A stretch of DNA of 64,000 nucleotides, taken from assembly GCA_040954595.2 (NCBI GenBank), contig CM082578.2, forward strand, positions 1,408,831 to 1,472,830, written 5' to 3'. Both the position numbers and the translations under genes were made by a program. How positions within the stretch are numbered: the first letter of the stretch is position 1; each line of letters begins with the position of its first letter. The DNA is from Balanoglossus misakiensis (taxonomy: Eukaryota > Animalia > Hemichordata). This document shows positions 26,146-40,800 of the stretch, one piece after another. The notes beneath the pieces were generated by a model. It saw only the letters and a list, made by a program, of their open reading frames with translations, did not search any database and had not been told where the DNA came from.

Positions 26146-27318
26146 ATTAAAGCTGCAAGCAGCATTGAAGGGGCCAAAGCATAGAGATAATAACTATTAG
26201 ACTCCATTCAGGGTTGTACCATTCAAATGCGTAGGCTGTATTTGCTCTGGATGTGGAGATATGGGGAAGTAGGCAACCACCCGAAATGGATGTCCTACAA
26301 GTACAAACACAACAACCAAAAGTGAACTTCTACGATATGTAAGGACTTCAGTTAAGTACTTCAAAGGTCAGCTGAGGGTACCCAAAAATTAGGCCAAAAA
26401 TTTGGATTCCTATTTGGTTCATATTCAAGACAACGGAAAATTCTCGCCCTTTGGGTTTTTAAAATTAGGTATGGCCATAATAATGAGTTACGCAAGTAAG
26501 TTACAGGTGGCCCTAGGAATTTAGCATTTCATGACGGTCCTACCCTACCCCTCCAAACACCTGGCTATATATGCTGTGCGTGCTAACATATGGAAAGCAG
26601 GTCAATGGACACCTGAGGTCACCCAAAAATTTGACAAAAAAATTTCATTCCTGTTAATGTCATGTGCAACAAATCCTACATTTGCAGCCCTTTCACTTTG
26701 CCTAACATTAGGTATGCACGTAATACATGAATCAAGCAGGTGTCACAGGTATCCCCCTGTATTTGACATTTCATGATAGTTTCATCCCTCCAAATACCAA
26801 AGCTGCACCTGTACAACGGGCTGAGATATGGCACTGTATGACAGAGGTCATCCAAATCACCTTATACATTTGGGCAAAAACGTAATGACGGTCATAATGA
26901 CGGTCAAAGTCCGATGCCCCAGTGTCCGTCCTCAGCCCACCAAAAAATGCGAAAAAATATTACAAAAATCTTCTTCTCAAAATCGGCGTGGCCTAGGACC
27001 TTGAAATTTGGCACAGGGTATTTTGGCCACATGGTCTACAAAAATCGCGAAAAGAATGTACATGCCCCCATTAACGTGCAAATTAGGTCAATTTGAAAAT
27101 TTCGCTCGATTATAGCCACAAAGTCACGTGACTAATTACAAATTCAAAGGGCAGGTGCACCAGTACTCATGGGCCCCAACCACCGTGCCAAATTTGGAAG
27201 GCGCACCTGCCGGAATTTCAGAGAAAAACGGGCGCAAAAAAACGACTCAAGAAGAAAGAAGACAAACTCCAGCAATAACAGAAGGGGACCAAGCGCCTGA
27301 GGGCGCTTGGTCCCCTAA
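26146..27318 (-). mobile_element. Non-autonomous Helentron/Helitron2-like element
   Basis: Starts TTAAAGCTGCAAGCAGCA in TAA-rich DNA and ends in a 15-bp stem hairpin AGGGGACCAAGCGCC-TGAG-GGCGCTTGGTCCCCT (27283-27316). GGGGCCAAAGC near the other end resembles a sub-terminal IR. No TSD seen. Confidence 0.55.
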
Positions 27319-28081
27319 ATATGGGACTAAACTTGACAGATACCCAGAATATTTTCCTATTCAGGATACCTGGTTGCATTTCCACCTAAAGGCGTCCTAT
27401 TGGCGTGGAAATTTTATAACTTGAAATCGTTTGACTAGGTGATAGGTATTAATATCTTATGATGTTATAAAACACTTGGCTCGCCGAAGGTATGGACCGA
27501 TTATAGCGTCGGTCGTGTCATAAAATCTATATGAACGTCATGGGTCAATAAACTTGATGGTCCAATAAAATTTAATGGTTCGTAAAAATGTTGTGTCCAA
27601 TGTCTGCAGAGTATACTGGCTGCAACATGTGTATGAGTCAGGATTAACGGCTGTAGCCATCAACCTTCGTTAAACCTAAAAGGTGAACGTCCTATTCTCA
27701 CTAACTTAAATAGGTTTTGCGACCAAGTTGAGTGATAAAAACCTTATGATAAAGTCGACACAATTTCAAGATGACGATGTGCAAATGAGAGTTCATAAGC
27801 TAAAGTAAAGTTCAATGAATTCTATATTTGAACTACAAAGTTCAAGAAAGATTTTTTACTAAAGGAAGACATGAAAAAACTGATATCGTCTCTTCATATT
27901 CGTACATGTCCAACTGTTGTGATTTGACCCCCCCCCCCCCAGGACATGGTACATGAACCTATTACTTAGTACACACTTAAACAATTGGCATTTGAAGTGC
28001 CTTGCTTGACAGTGTTTAATGCCATCTTGTGGTGGTCAGTCGCGTTTATCTTTCGCCACTTCATGCATCATGTCGCCTTAA

Positions 28082-28400
28082 AGGGACAAACTCTCTCTCT
28101 CGTCGCCCTTTTCCATTAATTATGTTTGATACAAGACACCGTTTATATTAATGGGCATGTGTATATGTAGTGAATGAACGTTCAACCACACACAACGTCC
28201 ATCCTGCTTGTATGATATGAGAGTAAAAACTCGCCCAAAATGAATAAATGGTAGAGACCGATTTTTCAGTTTGGCGAGTTTTCGCTCTCGTGTCTACATG
28301 CGGGATGGAAGGTGTGCGCGGTTGAACGTTGCATCACTATATATCCACATTTACATTAACATAAACAGTGTTTTGTATCAAACATGGAAAAGGGCAGCGA
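28082..28400. mobile_element. AGGGACAAAG-family MITE, right TIR lost
   Basis: TTAA|AGGGACAAACTCTCTC start; same internal palindrome as other copies. Confidence 0.8.
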
Positions 28401-28829
28401 GTTAAGGATGTACGATCAGTAAAATTGAAAGCATTGTCATTTCTTTTAATCGTGGATTTTCGTTTCTGATTTGTATGTATAATGAAAATCCATTTTGGGT
28501 CACTGCACTTGTTTTCGACTTTAAACAAGGCCGTGAATTTAGTCGATAATTGAAGAAAACTGCTGACGGTCAGCATTTTCTACCAATGGTTTGTCTATGG
28601 ATACAATATTGAACAAAGTTTATCTCAAAATAGAGCGTGGTGAATTTATTTTGATTTGTCGGAGCTATGTGTAAAATTTCATGAAAATGACAATAGTAGA
28701 AGTGAGTTTTCTAGCTATTCTCCATGTACTCCTATGGGAAGAGACACAGGCGCACAGTTTACCAGTTGACGTTCTGCGCGTACATCATTGAGTGTATTGG
28801 CAGCTAACTTATTGTTTTTTTTGTCACAG

Positions 28830-31800
28830 CAATTGGATCTTGGAGCACTGTTTGGAACACCCTTTGTGAAATATGAATGTCCAGAAGGTAAGTTGAATTC
28901 ACCCTAGCCCTTTCACCAACATGGTTCAGTCCAAACCAATTGTTTTCTATGGTAATGTTGGACCTCTAAAGAGGAAACGGGGGGGGGGGGATGATGAAAG
29001 GTTTAAGACTTACAGATCACAACTTAAAGAGCCATTCAGTCAGAAAGAGGCTTAGAGTGGAGTATCAAATCGGACGATACCACTGACTGGTGGAGGAAGA
29101 AAAAATAAGCAAACTGAGTAGATGAGTGCTCAGATTTCTTCAGAGGACCAAACGTTTCAAAGAATTATACGTGACAATCCATGCCTGGTCCGTCAGTAGA
29201 TATAAACAGAACATTGTGGCTGTATTCATTAAAGGGACAAAGTCTCTCTCTCGCTGCCCTTTTTCCATTAATTATGTTTGATACAAGACTGCGTTTATAT
29301 TATTCTACATGTGGATATAGTGAATCAACGTTCAACCATACACACCTTCCACTCCGCTTGTATAGACACGAGAGTTTTAAAAAGTCGCCAAAATGAACAA
29401 ACGGTCTCTGCCATTTATTCATTTCGGGCGAGTTTTTACTCTCGTATCATACAAGCGGGAAGTTGTGTGTGATTGAACGTTCATTCACTAACATAAACGG
29501 TGTCTTGTATCATGTCCCTTTAACACTTTTGAAGCATTTTACTAATGCTAACATGACTAGACCAATTGAATGATGTTACATTGCAGGGTATCAACTCAGA
29601 GGGGCGTCTTGTTATAAAGCGGTACCTGACAAACAATCAGCTGGCAACGCTGAAAATACCTGTCAGTCGTAAGTATGAAAGTATACATCATTTGAGTAGA
29701 ATTTTACGGGAAATCCTAACAAGGCTTGGTCATGTCACGCACAAATACAAAGGGCGCATACACAAAAAGACAAAACCTCGCTCAGTGTGAGGTGTTCAGC
29801 GATTGCATCTGATAAGTCGAAAATGCTTGATCACGTGTCATGTTCAGTTGGGAAATTGGATATGTCTTAGGCCAAAAAACTAATATGTGCTATTCCGATT
29901 ACATGGTTTTCAAAAATAGTGTAGGTAGAAAGGGACATTTTTTTATTTTTCAATTTTTTATATCTTTGGCCGTCGTAGTGTAGAAAAATGGCATCATAGT
30001 TCTTGCGTGATTCTCGCAATTTTCATGAATTGTTGTTTATTTGACATCGTTATTTTTACTTCCGGTTTACGAAGATCTAAACTGTTTTGGGTCGGCGGGC
30101 TAAAATTAGGGTAGTTCGGGTAATCGTTATGACATTGGGACCTACGGCTGCAAAGCCATGTGTCTCGTGCGAAAAGGGCCCTTAACCTTTTGCAATATTT
30201 AACAGCAAACAACAGACAGTTTTGAGAATAAAAAGTTTCCGTCTTGTCTGACGTTCATATGGCATTAATAGCATATCCCTAATTTTAAAGAAATTAGGAG
30301 AGACAGAGTGAAACAGGCAGAGTGGCAGACAGACACAGGCAGACAGACAGAGCGACAGTCATCAGTAGAGACACTCATCGGTCGCTCGCTCGCTCGCTCA
30401 CTCTCTCTCTCTCAGAGAGAGGGGCAGACAGACAGACGTTGACAGACAGTCAGTAAGTCAGTCAGCCAGTTAATCAGTCAGTCAGACGTCAAAGACACAG
30501 TGACACAAATACAGCGAGGGAGACAACAGGACCTTTTATGCTTAAACCCCTGTTCTTCTGTTATAAACTTTGAAAACCGTTCGTTTTCAGACAGCAGATT
30601 GCTCGAATAACGCGACACACTGCCGAAACAATAAAACAAATACTAGTGGGAGCTCATAAAAGAAAATCGCTCAACCATTCCGTCGTCCTGAGTGACCTCA
30701 GCCACATGAAAAAAGTCACAAGTAAGGTATTTCCCTTGGGTCCACCTGAAGCAAAAAGTTTTCGTTTCGACTCCATCATTCCGAATAGTAAAAAAGCAAC
30801 AAAATTGAAAAGACAGATGTAAAATGCACTCTCTCTCACGTGGACGTTTGTAACCATGGCAATCATGGTACGTATACAGTACACAGACAGGGAGAAATAT
30901 TTCTTCATGCATGTGTTCAGTAAGGTTTGACCTTGGTTTTACTTTGTACCATGATGGCCGCTTTCTAAGCATGGATGAACGACGGCGGTCAGACCCAATC
31001 GAACCCTTTCATGTCAGCTGACCACGGTATCTCCACTGTGAGATGACATTTGACAAACCATTTGATTTCAACAAAATCTTTGCGTCGTCAACGCGTCGCA
31101 TACCAGTCGCATATCGGTATTTACCCAATCATAAAAGTTGGAAATTCGGGAGACTCGATCTGCAACCAAGTTGAGAGTAAATTTTGACGTTTGACTATTG
31201 GCAAGTAAACAGGTTACACAATGACTTGTCGGTTTTTCCTCCGCCATGGTCGTTCTTGACCCAAGTGTCCTTCCTTGACATTTAGACACACCTTGCGGTA
31301 TGACCTTGGTGGTCATATGCAATTAGTTTTCTTGTATAAGAAGCTTTTCGTGCCGGGGTAGACGACTTGTGCGTGGATCATCAACATTTCAGTGATATTT
31401 CAACGCAAAGTTTTAGCAATATTGAGAAAACAGGTAGTGAGGTGTCAAATGCATATCAATGTACGATAATTAGGTCAAGCCACCCGACAGCAACCGCTCT
31501 CACACAGTGTCGGACGTTGCACGGAATGTGAAACGTTACACTGCTTCGGCCGTTCACATACACCTGGGCGTGGTTTTGATTGATGGTCAAACGCCCCCAT
31601 CGATCACTTCCGCTCAATCGCTTCTTTTCTTACTTTGGGCGTTTTCAATGGTAAATGTGTCGTATTGATCGAAACCTTGCCGTAAACACATTTTTTTGCT
31701 GAATCAACATTCAGAGTTCAGCCGTCTAGTTAACGAAGTATTGAAATAAGCCACTTGTTCATCATTTTTTGTCTGTCAAACGTGTTTATTCGGACAGGGA

Positions 31801-34800
31801 CCGGCCGCCAATGAGTGGTTTAGGGAGCCCACACGTACACTCTGGTACCTGGACAATTAACATAGACATGTCGTGTGTACCGTCCGGTTCGAAAAGATTG
31901 GTTTAAGGTAGTCTTGGTAACAGTCATCCTAACGAGGCCAGGGGAGGTCTCCAAGGGCGAAATAAACATAGTTACTGACGATGAGTCGTGTTCGAATCGG
32001 ACGATGCTTGTTCATAAAAAGCACAGACATAAAGCTTCGACGTTTTTAGTCTGTGTAGTAAAGATACGACTAATCAGCCTATAGTGTAACCGTAGACCCT
32101 GGAGAAATACCAGAGCACAGCACAATGCATCAAATGGAGTGAAACAAGAACAAAGCTTAGTCTCTGCCGCAAACAACGCTAAATCACATATTGACACTCC
32201 AAATAGAAGCAAGACAGCCGGGGGGGGGGCACAGTTGTAGATCGCGGTTTTGACTCGCCCCTTCCACATCCTGTAGATGTTAGTGCGTCCAAGACATTTT
32301 TGATAAAATATAGACTTTTGACCTTTGTTTTTAGCTCGAGTGTGGCCTAAGTATATTACCGTTCCCACGAAAAATGTCTGCCTTCTTCAAAACGTTGTAC
32401 TGTACTTTGTATTATACTTCTGTGTTATTCGAACTCTAATACAAGTGACAGTATCAGAGGACAGATTTGGCACAGACAAAATTCGTATAAACAAACCACA
32501 GAGAAAACGTCAAAAGGGAGCGATTTATAAAATGATCAATTCCACGAGTTTGCAAATTAAAGTTAAAGAGATACAGTTTCATTGGTTGGATAGAGCGGTC
32601 TGGAAGCATGGGTGGATTTTTACCTGGTGTCTGTTTACCTGGTAAAAATAGGTTATTGTTCTCCCCTGCTTTTCATAGCGGATTTTTTAACACGTCTCCT
32701 CGAGATCAAACATTAATGAACGATTAAAAGCGCTTCGTATACTTTTTGTGGGTCGAGTTGTGTTTTTCGTTTTATTTGGTCATTAATTCGATCAGAATGT
32801 TTATTGTTGTATTGTAAAAAGCTTGGATTTTATGTTTCAGTTATGCAGAGTGCTTAAGTATGCTCGACTTGCGTGGCAATTCTGCAAAGATATTTGGAGC
32901 ATTCTTTGGAATTTAATTGATTTGGACATGAGTTTGTTGTTTGGTTGGTCATGGAACAACACGTGACATTGTCTGCATGGCATTCTTTAGGGTGTTCCAA
33001 TTCTGTAAATGACATGAGGTGGTTAAAGGTATACACTTACATAGGCCCATATATGGCTGAGATGAGAAAATATGGCGGCGCTCTTTTTTCGCGTGTGCCA
33101 CCCACTGAAAATCTGTGATTGGCTAGATCTCAATTTGCCATGGTAACTATAGGTGACCGTATACCTTTAATTGCCTGTTGGTACTATTAGGGACCGTTCA
33201 GTTTTTACGGCCGGGGGGGGGCGGCAAGTTTGTGTCATCGGTTTTCAAAATCAGGCTGACCCCCCCCCTTCACCCAGGAGCAAAACATGATGAAGTTGCA
33301 TTTTAATGAACTCAAAAGCATATTATCTCAATGTTTGGGAGGACCAATTTACTTTGTGCCACTCCACTCAAAGTTAGAAGATTTGGCGTAATCTTCGTGA
33401 TGACATCATTTATAAAACTTCTAGTATATAGAAGATGCGGCGCGAAACTATCAGTTATGTGAAATGGTTTAAACTATTTTTCTCCTTTATGTATTTACTT
33501 TGTTAAATATTATCATCGGTTGGTTTGGGGTGGCAAGAAGTCTGCTCTGGTATACTAGACAAACCAGCCCAAAATGAAATGTGGCGGAGAATGAAGGGGG
33601 TGCGCGTGGGAGAGGGTGTCCCTCTCCCACATTAGAAAATTTTGTAAAATAAAGGGCGCGAAACTGCAATTTTGTGGACTCAAAAGCAAATGTTCGGTGG
33701 CAAAAGTATGTGACACCCCCCTAAACGTTTAAAAAAAACAGATGACCCCCCTTTTGAACTTCAAAATGTAAGTGACCCCCCCCCCCCTGGATTTTGCCGG
33801 CCCCCCGTAAAACCTGAACGGTCCCTAAACAGCACTCCTCCCGTGTCTAGTGAAACATCATTTTTGGGTATCTGGATTTCGTGTTCATTATTGCGTGACT
33901 GATACGGCGGGTATCGATTGGAATAGGCCCTATCGTTAAAATAGAAGTTCATTCTTGTCGGGCGACCCAGGAAGGCATAAGCTTGACGTGCCTAAACTTT
34001 GTCGGACATTGTCCGACCATCACGGCTGCAAATTGGTTCAAGTTCGGTGTAGCCTGCTCCAATAGAAATGGCGAAATTATTAAGTATAAGGTAACAACCC
34101 GAATGTGCCACTTTTTCAATCACAACATCCCTATAAAACCACAGTAAGTGATAAAACAAAAACTTAGGTCGACTTTTCATCAGCTGGAAAAACACACAAC
34201 TATTAAAATGGGTAGAAAATATAGGAAATGTCCTTATGCGTATGAAAAGCAAAGAATGAGACAGGGTCAATGAAGCCAAACTCGTGTCTTCGTGCACACG
34301 AAGACGCCCGAGCCGTTCATCATCATGGTATTCCTCTGGGAATCTCTTGGCAACTGCATCGCGTGTACCGAGTCAGAACATGTAAATACTGACTTCTGCC
34401 ATAGACGTACCAGGTGCTTCGACGAGTTAGCCTTTGGCATTGTGGTTTTTGGCTTTTCTAGTGAAGCCGAAGGCCAAAACCAAGGACCGTGACTAAACTG
34501 AAAAGCCCCCCCCCCCCCAATCCCCCCGCCCTCTCCAGTTTTTGTAGTAGAAATGTTCTTCATGCCTATCCCAATTCCTGATTCCCGAATAGTAGAACTC
34601 TCGCGAGAGTTCATATCTGAGCATGCGCAATGGCCTTAGCAACTGCGCAAGGTCAGATAGTATGTGCGCGCGTCAGAGAGAACCTGCCTTCCTACCATGT
34701 GAGCAGAGCTGTGGTGGATCCCAGGGGAGGCAGATCACATGTGCATTCGTAGTCTGCGCGTTCGCACTATTTCATGCAAAATACAGCCTCCAGTTCTTAA

Positions 34801-37800
34801 AATTACTACACGGAAATGTTATTTCGTTGTGTCTAAAGAATTTAAAAACCATTATTTGCGGAAATTTCACAGTTAGTGCAAGAGAGAGTGACAGATAGTC
34901 ACGTAGTTCCGCATTCCAACGCCTGCACTCTTCTTTCGACGTTCGCACTATGCTAACGTCTTATTTACTGTAACATACGACGTGCAGATGTGAAATTACT
35001 TCATGAAAATCGATCTGGGTAAATATAGCCTAGATTTCAAAAATATCATTGTGAATGTGATGCACATTAAACGTCGGAAAAACGCGCGATCTTTCTCAAT
35101 TTGGGTCACCTATGGAGGCATACTGGATCGGGAAATTGACTCGAAATACTATAGTATACTGTATAAAGTAGCATTCAGTTTACTGCGTTCTTTACACGAT
35201 TTATCATGACAAGACAGTTGGTCCATCGTATCAGTGGTATACGATGTCCGAAGTGAGCGACCGACCGCAAGGTAGGACAAACGATTGCGTAAGATATCGA
35301 ACAATGGCGTTGACGTCAGGAAAAAAGTCGGTCGCTGAATTGAAAAAATATTTGAGGGATCGGGGGGTAAACGCGTACAAATACAGGAAGCACGAGTTAG
35401 AAGAACTGTGCAAGACGGCATCTGAGAGACGGCTACCACTTGAAAGAGAAGAATTTTGTCGGGAGAGCGATTTGAAAAGGAGAAGGTTTGTAGTTTTTCT
35501 TTTTTGTGTGTTAAAATTTGTCGTCAACTTTTGCCTTTGGCCAGTTATAATAAAAATTATTTTTTTTTTACAAGATTTCAAATTTATCATTTTAAGAAGT
35601 TGTAGAATTTATATTTGGGGGTTTAATTCACTGAAATGTCCCTTAAGTGAAGGTTTTACGACGAAAATCTAGCACATTTTAATCGATGTTTGACAAAAAA
35701 TCGCGCCCTGGGGCGCAATGCTTTGTTCTTATGTGTGTTCGAAGACAAGCGCTGACGCGTCGATTCGATTTTCTGTGACACGCGTTGATTTCTCAAGGTT
35801 GCCCGATTACTCCGTTTTATTCACACGTCTCGGGGAGGAAAGTGCAGATAATATTACAAAAATATTCCCTTTACAGTATCCACAATATCGTTTTTGCCAT
35901 TCCAGTTTCCTAGTGTAAACCAGGTCCCGGAACAGTAGGGCCGCGGCAAAATTTTCACCTCCCTCCCTTGATCACTTCGACACTTTTTATTGAAGGTCTA
36001 GGCCCTAATTACTTTTTATTGTGACACTGATTATGCAATGAAAATTATACAAACAGTTTTGATTCTTATTTGTGAGATTTTTTTATCAGTTTAGGACTGA
36101 TAAAATGCATTTGGGGTTTCTCTGCGTAATGACTGTTGTCTGAGCTCCTGCTGGTCAAACGGTCACAGCAAATCGAACGGACGAGAACAGTCGTTGAGTG
36201 TTACTGCGCTTGAACGAGTTTTCGCTTCCTGTCTAGCCACGGGCGTCATGGAACAATAAAGTGTATAGATATTAATAAACTTAGCATAAACGCGACGTCC
36301 TCAACGAACAAAGAATACGATATTTCGTGGGTTTGTTTGGTGTGGACGAGAACGGCAATAAAGCTGGGTCAGTGTTAACTTTATGTGCAAAACCACACCG
36401 TACGCGTACCTCTATAGGGGATAGGCGATGTCTACGCATGCGTGCGCGCCCGCAACTGATCTGCTCTACGTGAGTACACATATATACAGGGTATGAAACG
36501 AATTTTCAGCCCACCGCCATTTGGCAACTATTACGAAGAAGATCGTTACCAAACCAGAGTATGCGTTTTAGATTAGATAGAAACCTAATGTCTGGCTTTT
36601 CAATTTTCAAAAGTCGGTCGAACATTCGAGATATTATCGATCGAAAAGTGTCACTCGTCCTGGGGACGTGCGTTACCGACGTAAAATGGCGTTTGGGCGA
36701 TGTCGCAAATTTCTCTCTGAAAGGTATACATAGGACATACTGTTTCATGAAAAAAAAATCATAGCAAATATAACAGTGATGCACATGAACAACGTCCACC
36801 ATGACTGGGAGGAGCTGAGCTGAGCTCACGCATAGTTTCATACACATGATATAAAACCCGGCGATCGAACACGGCACTTCCGGTCACCAGATTCGCAATG
36901 GTTTTGTATACGGATTTGTTGTATTTTTCACGTTTTCCGTTTTTTATTCATGATTGATCCAACACTTTTCAAGACACATTCTAAGCAAAAATGAAAATTA
37001 TTGACTACACTTCGATGGCACTCTCTGCTCCGTAGAACAAAGTGTCCCCCCTGTCCCCCCTTTTTGGTAACGCACGTCGCCAGACTCCATGAGAGCGATT
37101 GCATACCCTTCCTTACATCAGTACATACACTTTATCACATGAACTGGCCCTGATCACCACCTGTGTGACGTAGACCAGGACAGATCAAAAATCCTGATCA
37201 CCCCTGTGTTACGTCATCAACCGGAACTATTTCCACCGATTCGCCGTAGCTTTGTTGTCAAACAGAAACAGTACGTGTAGCGCGCGGCATTTACAATACA
37301 GAAATGAAATAAAAAAAATTACGGTTCCATGACAATAACGCTTTGTAAGCTCAAAACAGAAAGGTGGAATTTGGAAAGAAGACAGTCGACGCAACGATCA
37401 TGGACGATCGTGGCTGTCAAAGTTTTGGGTCAGGTGTACATAGCCTAGGCTAGGCGCAAGTCCGGTACGTTCCGAGTCGAATCAGTAGGGGGAATTGTTT
37501 CGAGCCAGTTCAGCGTGACGACTGAACCTCTATATTCCACCGGTCAACGAAATGTATAAGACGTGGCAACAGGTTGCAGTAAAATTGTTAGAGAATCGAT
37601 TACATTTGTGTAAGGCCGAACTTCGAGCGAACGGAACTCAACGGGACGACTTGTTGGGAGATTTTATGAATGATCAGCGATAGTTCACCATTTGCGTATA
37701 TGCAAATGATGAACTATCGCTGATCATTCATAAAATCTCCCAACATATATCTCCTGGGGGACATAATCCCGCTCAGTAAAATACGACACCGCTCCAAAAT

Positions 37801-40800
37801 TGTTGCAAGGTACTGAATTGTTTTAGTCCTGCCTCTTCTAACGAAAAATAAGAAGACTGTTCATGTGATAAATATATAATCCCATGATATCTTTCTTTGT
37901 TTAACGTCATCGTATACTCGTGGTTTTCGCGGAAGCGTACAACTTCTCGCCTGCGGCTCGAAGTTGCACTGCTCCGCGAAAACCACTCGTATACGATGAC
38001 GTCAAACAAAGAAAGATATCATGGGATTATATGTAAGTATACGAACGCGTCTGTCCTGGCTAGCAACGGAGTCGTACGATCGTCTGCCGCGCGCGCTGGG
38101 CCGGGCGCGTGCGCGCGTGCGGTTGTAGATTGCTCCATCACTTCCGCGGAACGCGGCGCTAGTGCGTTCGCTCGCATATTTTGCAAGTCCGGCGCTAGTG
38201 CGTTCGCTCGCATATTTTGCAAGTCCAGCTGTAGCTAGGCCGTTCGTGAGTAATTTATTGTGTGTTCGTTTAGGCCTATGCTAAATTATCCATACACTTT
38301 ATTGTTCCATGACGCCCGTGGTCTAGCTAGCCCCACACCCTCTAGCGAATGAAGTAAATAAACATCATGAAAGAGATAGTGTTGGTCCCCCCCCCCCACG
38401 CATTAGTACATACAAGGTAGCGAATTTTTGTGTTACATGTATCAGCAAAAAGCCCTACTTGTTGTCATCTAAATGGTTTCTGCGTGCATAAATTATAGAG
38501 CTGACATCAATGGTTTCTGCGTGCATAAATTATAGAGCTGACATCAATGGTTTCTGCGTGCATAAATTATAGAGCTGACATCAATGGTTTCTGCGTGCAT
38601 AAATTATAGAGCTGACATTAATGGTTTCTGCGTGCATAAATTATAGAGCTGACACGTGCCCAATCCAGTTTGTGGTTCGGGTTACCGCACGTACGTAGGC
38701 CTACATCACTGTACGATACTGCTACAGCATGTTAAGCGCCTACAGATCGAAGTCCTAGCCTCGCCCGTTCTGTTTTCTTTCAATGTTTTTTTTTTTTTTG
38801 CGTGCATGTCACACAAAAGTTACATAATCTTTGTGTGCATGCATCACAGTTTTACAAGAAGCTTACAATTAAACGATGGTCAATAAATATTAGCTCATGA
38901 TATTTTTATCTGACTGTATTTTCATTTTGGATGTACAGAACTACCTCTGATGCGAGATTGCTGGTTAACCCTGACAGTGTAAAGGAATGGACAGATGATC
39001 TGAACCTTTTACCAGATGTTGAACTTCCAAGGGTTATTATGTTTTTATTTTCCAATGGGTGGTCTAAGTCAATGATCAATAATTACAAATTATCAGATGG
39101 ATTGAAACTACATAATGATGGCCATGTCAATAAAGTAAGTTTCTACTTGTATCTTGTTTTCCCATTTTTGCTTGAATCTCAGAATGTATATAGAAAAATA
39201 GTTTGAGTACAGTTTGCTTTACATGTAAATGCTTGTACACTATAGTTGTAGTGAATCTCCTGTGTGGGCTCATTGGCTTTGAGTCCCCTTGTGCACACAT
39301 CAAGCAATGATGATAGCCTGACGAATTCTTTGCTTCATATGATCATTGATGTGTAGGAATAATGTAGAACATTATATATGGGTTAACCCACATTGCTAGC
39401 GCTGAGCTGGACCCAGTTTTAAAGCCACAGTATTTCTCGTAGGGGCAAAATTTTGTTTGAAACGGCATCTATAATTTCTAAAAGTAGATGATAATTGATA
39501 CTGAATCGAACAGTCATCATCCCCAGCTCTGCTGATAAACTCATACAATTTACAATATAACGAGTGAAGAATGACTTTCTGTCCGGACAGAAAGTCACGT
39601 GAGTCAGGCTAATGTTGACACTCGTGACTAGTGCGCATGCGCACTCAAATGTGAATCTATGCGGAAGAGGTTTGGTCGCCCCAAATCAAGCGACTCAGCG
39701 AAGAAATGCGCACTACTTCGGCGAAATTTTGGGAAGATAACTTTATGGGAGAAATCAGTCGATGGAACCAGATCAAATCCGAAAATGGTCTGACCATCAA
39801 AATGTCAAAGTGGCACGTTTGCTGATTGACATGTACAACATTTCCGTTGTAAACAAACCCGCGCATCATTTCAAGTGTTACGGGCGATATTTTCGGCTTG
39901 CATGTAGCTACAATTGCCCAGACCTTTCTTACATCTTCATTATATAGTATTCCATGATGGATGTACTGGAAAAACGGGCTTTTTTCGATGATGAAAAATG
40001 GATGCACACGAGAAATACTGGGGCTTTAATCCAAGTTCTTATATGCATTGCATCATAATTTGACCAACTTTTTTTTCCTTCTTGACAACTTCACTTGTGT
40101 TAGGTACAAATGTACAAGATCGATGACAGATTTATATATGTAAGAGGAGTGTGTGTCAGAGAAACTGAACAACAAGCTCTGTACAAGTTATGGGTGATTT
40201 TAGAGGAAGCAAATATCATGTCGTCATCTTGTGAATGCCCTGCGTAAGTAGCAACTAAATACAATTTCACACATTTATAACCAAAGTACGAATATGATGC
40301 ATCCCGGTAATCATTTTTTTTTCAAACTTACTATCAGGCAATATCATTTTATAGACAGTTAGCTGAATCAATTCATTGATGAAAACTGCATTTCTTGTCA
40401 CAGGGATGACCAGGCGTGCAAACATGTTGCCGCCATGTTGTTTGGCTTATGGTCGTTTGGCGAGCGACACCAGGACAGAAACACTGTGGTTGGGACTGAT
40501 GTCCAGTGTCAATGGGACCGCCCCAAAAAGTCTGTGGTACCACAGCTCCTGGACGACATCGATGTTAGAAAAAAGAGGAGCTCTCAACTGACACAACCAA
40601 CAGTTAGCATGTACAAGCCTGCAACAATGCCAGATGACCTTGAAAAAAGGTAAGAATTAGGACCATGTAGCACCACGCCAGTCATATGAGCCTGGCATGA
40701 GTAGTTGTTACACATATGGTTTACATTGCATGGCCTGTATTTCCCATGATGCCCGGCGATGATCAAGCCTCGCTTCTGTAGTTTTGCTGACTCGTGTTGT

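Larger units (their letters stand above)
36237..38321. mobile_element. Unclassified 2085-bp non-autonomous TIR element in YqaJ intron 1
   Basis: 30-bp TIR CCACGGGCGTCATGGAACAATAAAGTGTAT with its exact reverse complement ending at 38321; TCTAG on both flanks. Confidence 0.85.

Noticed and set aside
32584-32607. GWIERSGS as the missing lectin exon
   Set aside because: No acceptor AG and no following CY; exon 29587-29668 fits sequence and phase.
38472-38654. 37-bp repeats as a CRISPR array
   Set aside because: Repeats are contiguous with no spacers, no cas genes, eukaryotic intron context.
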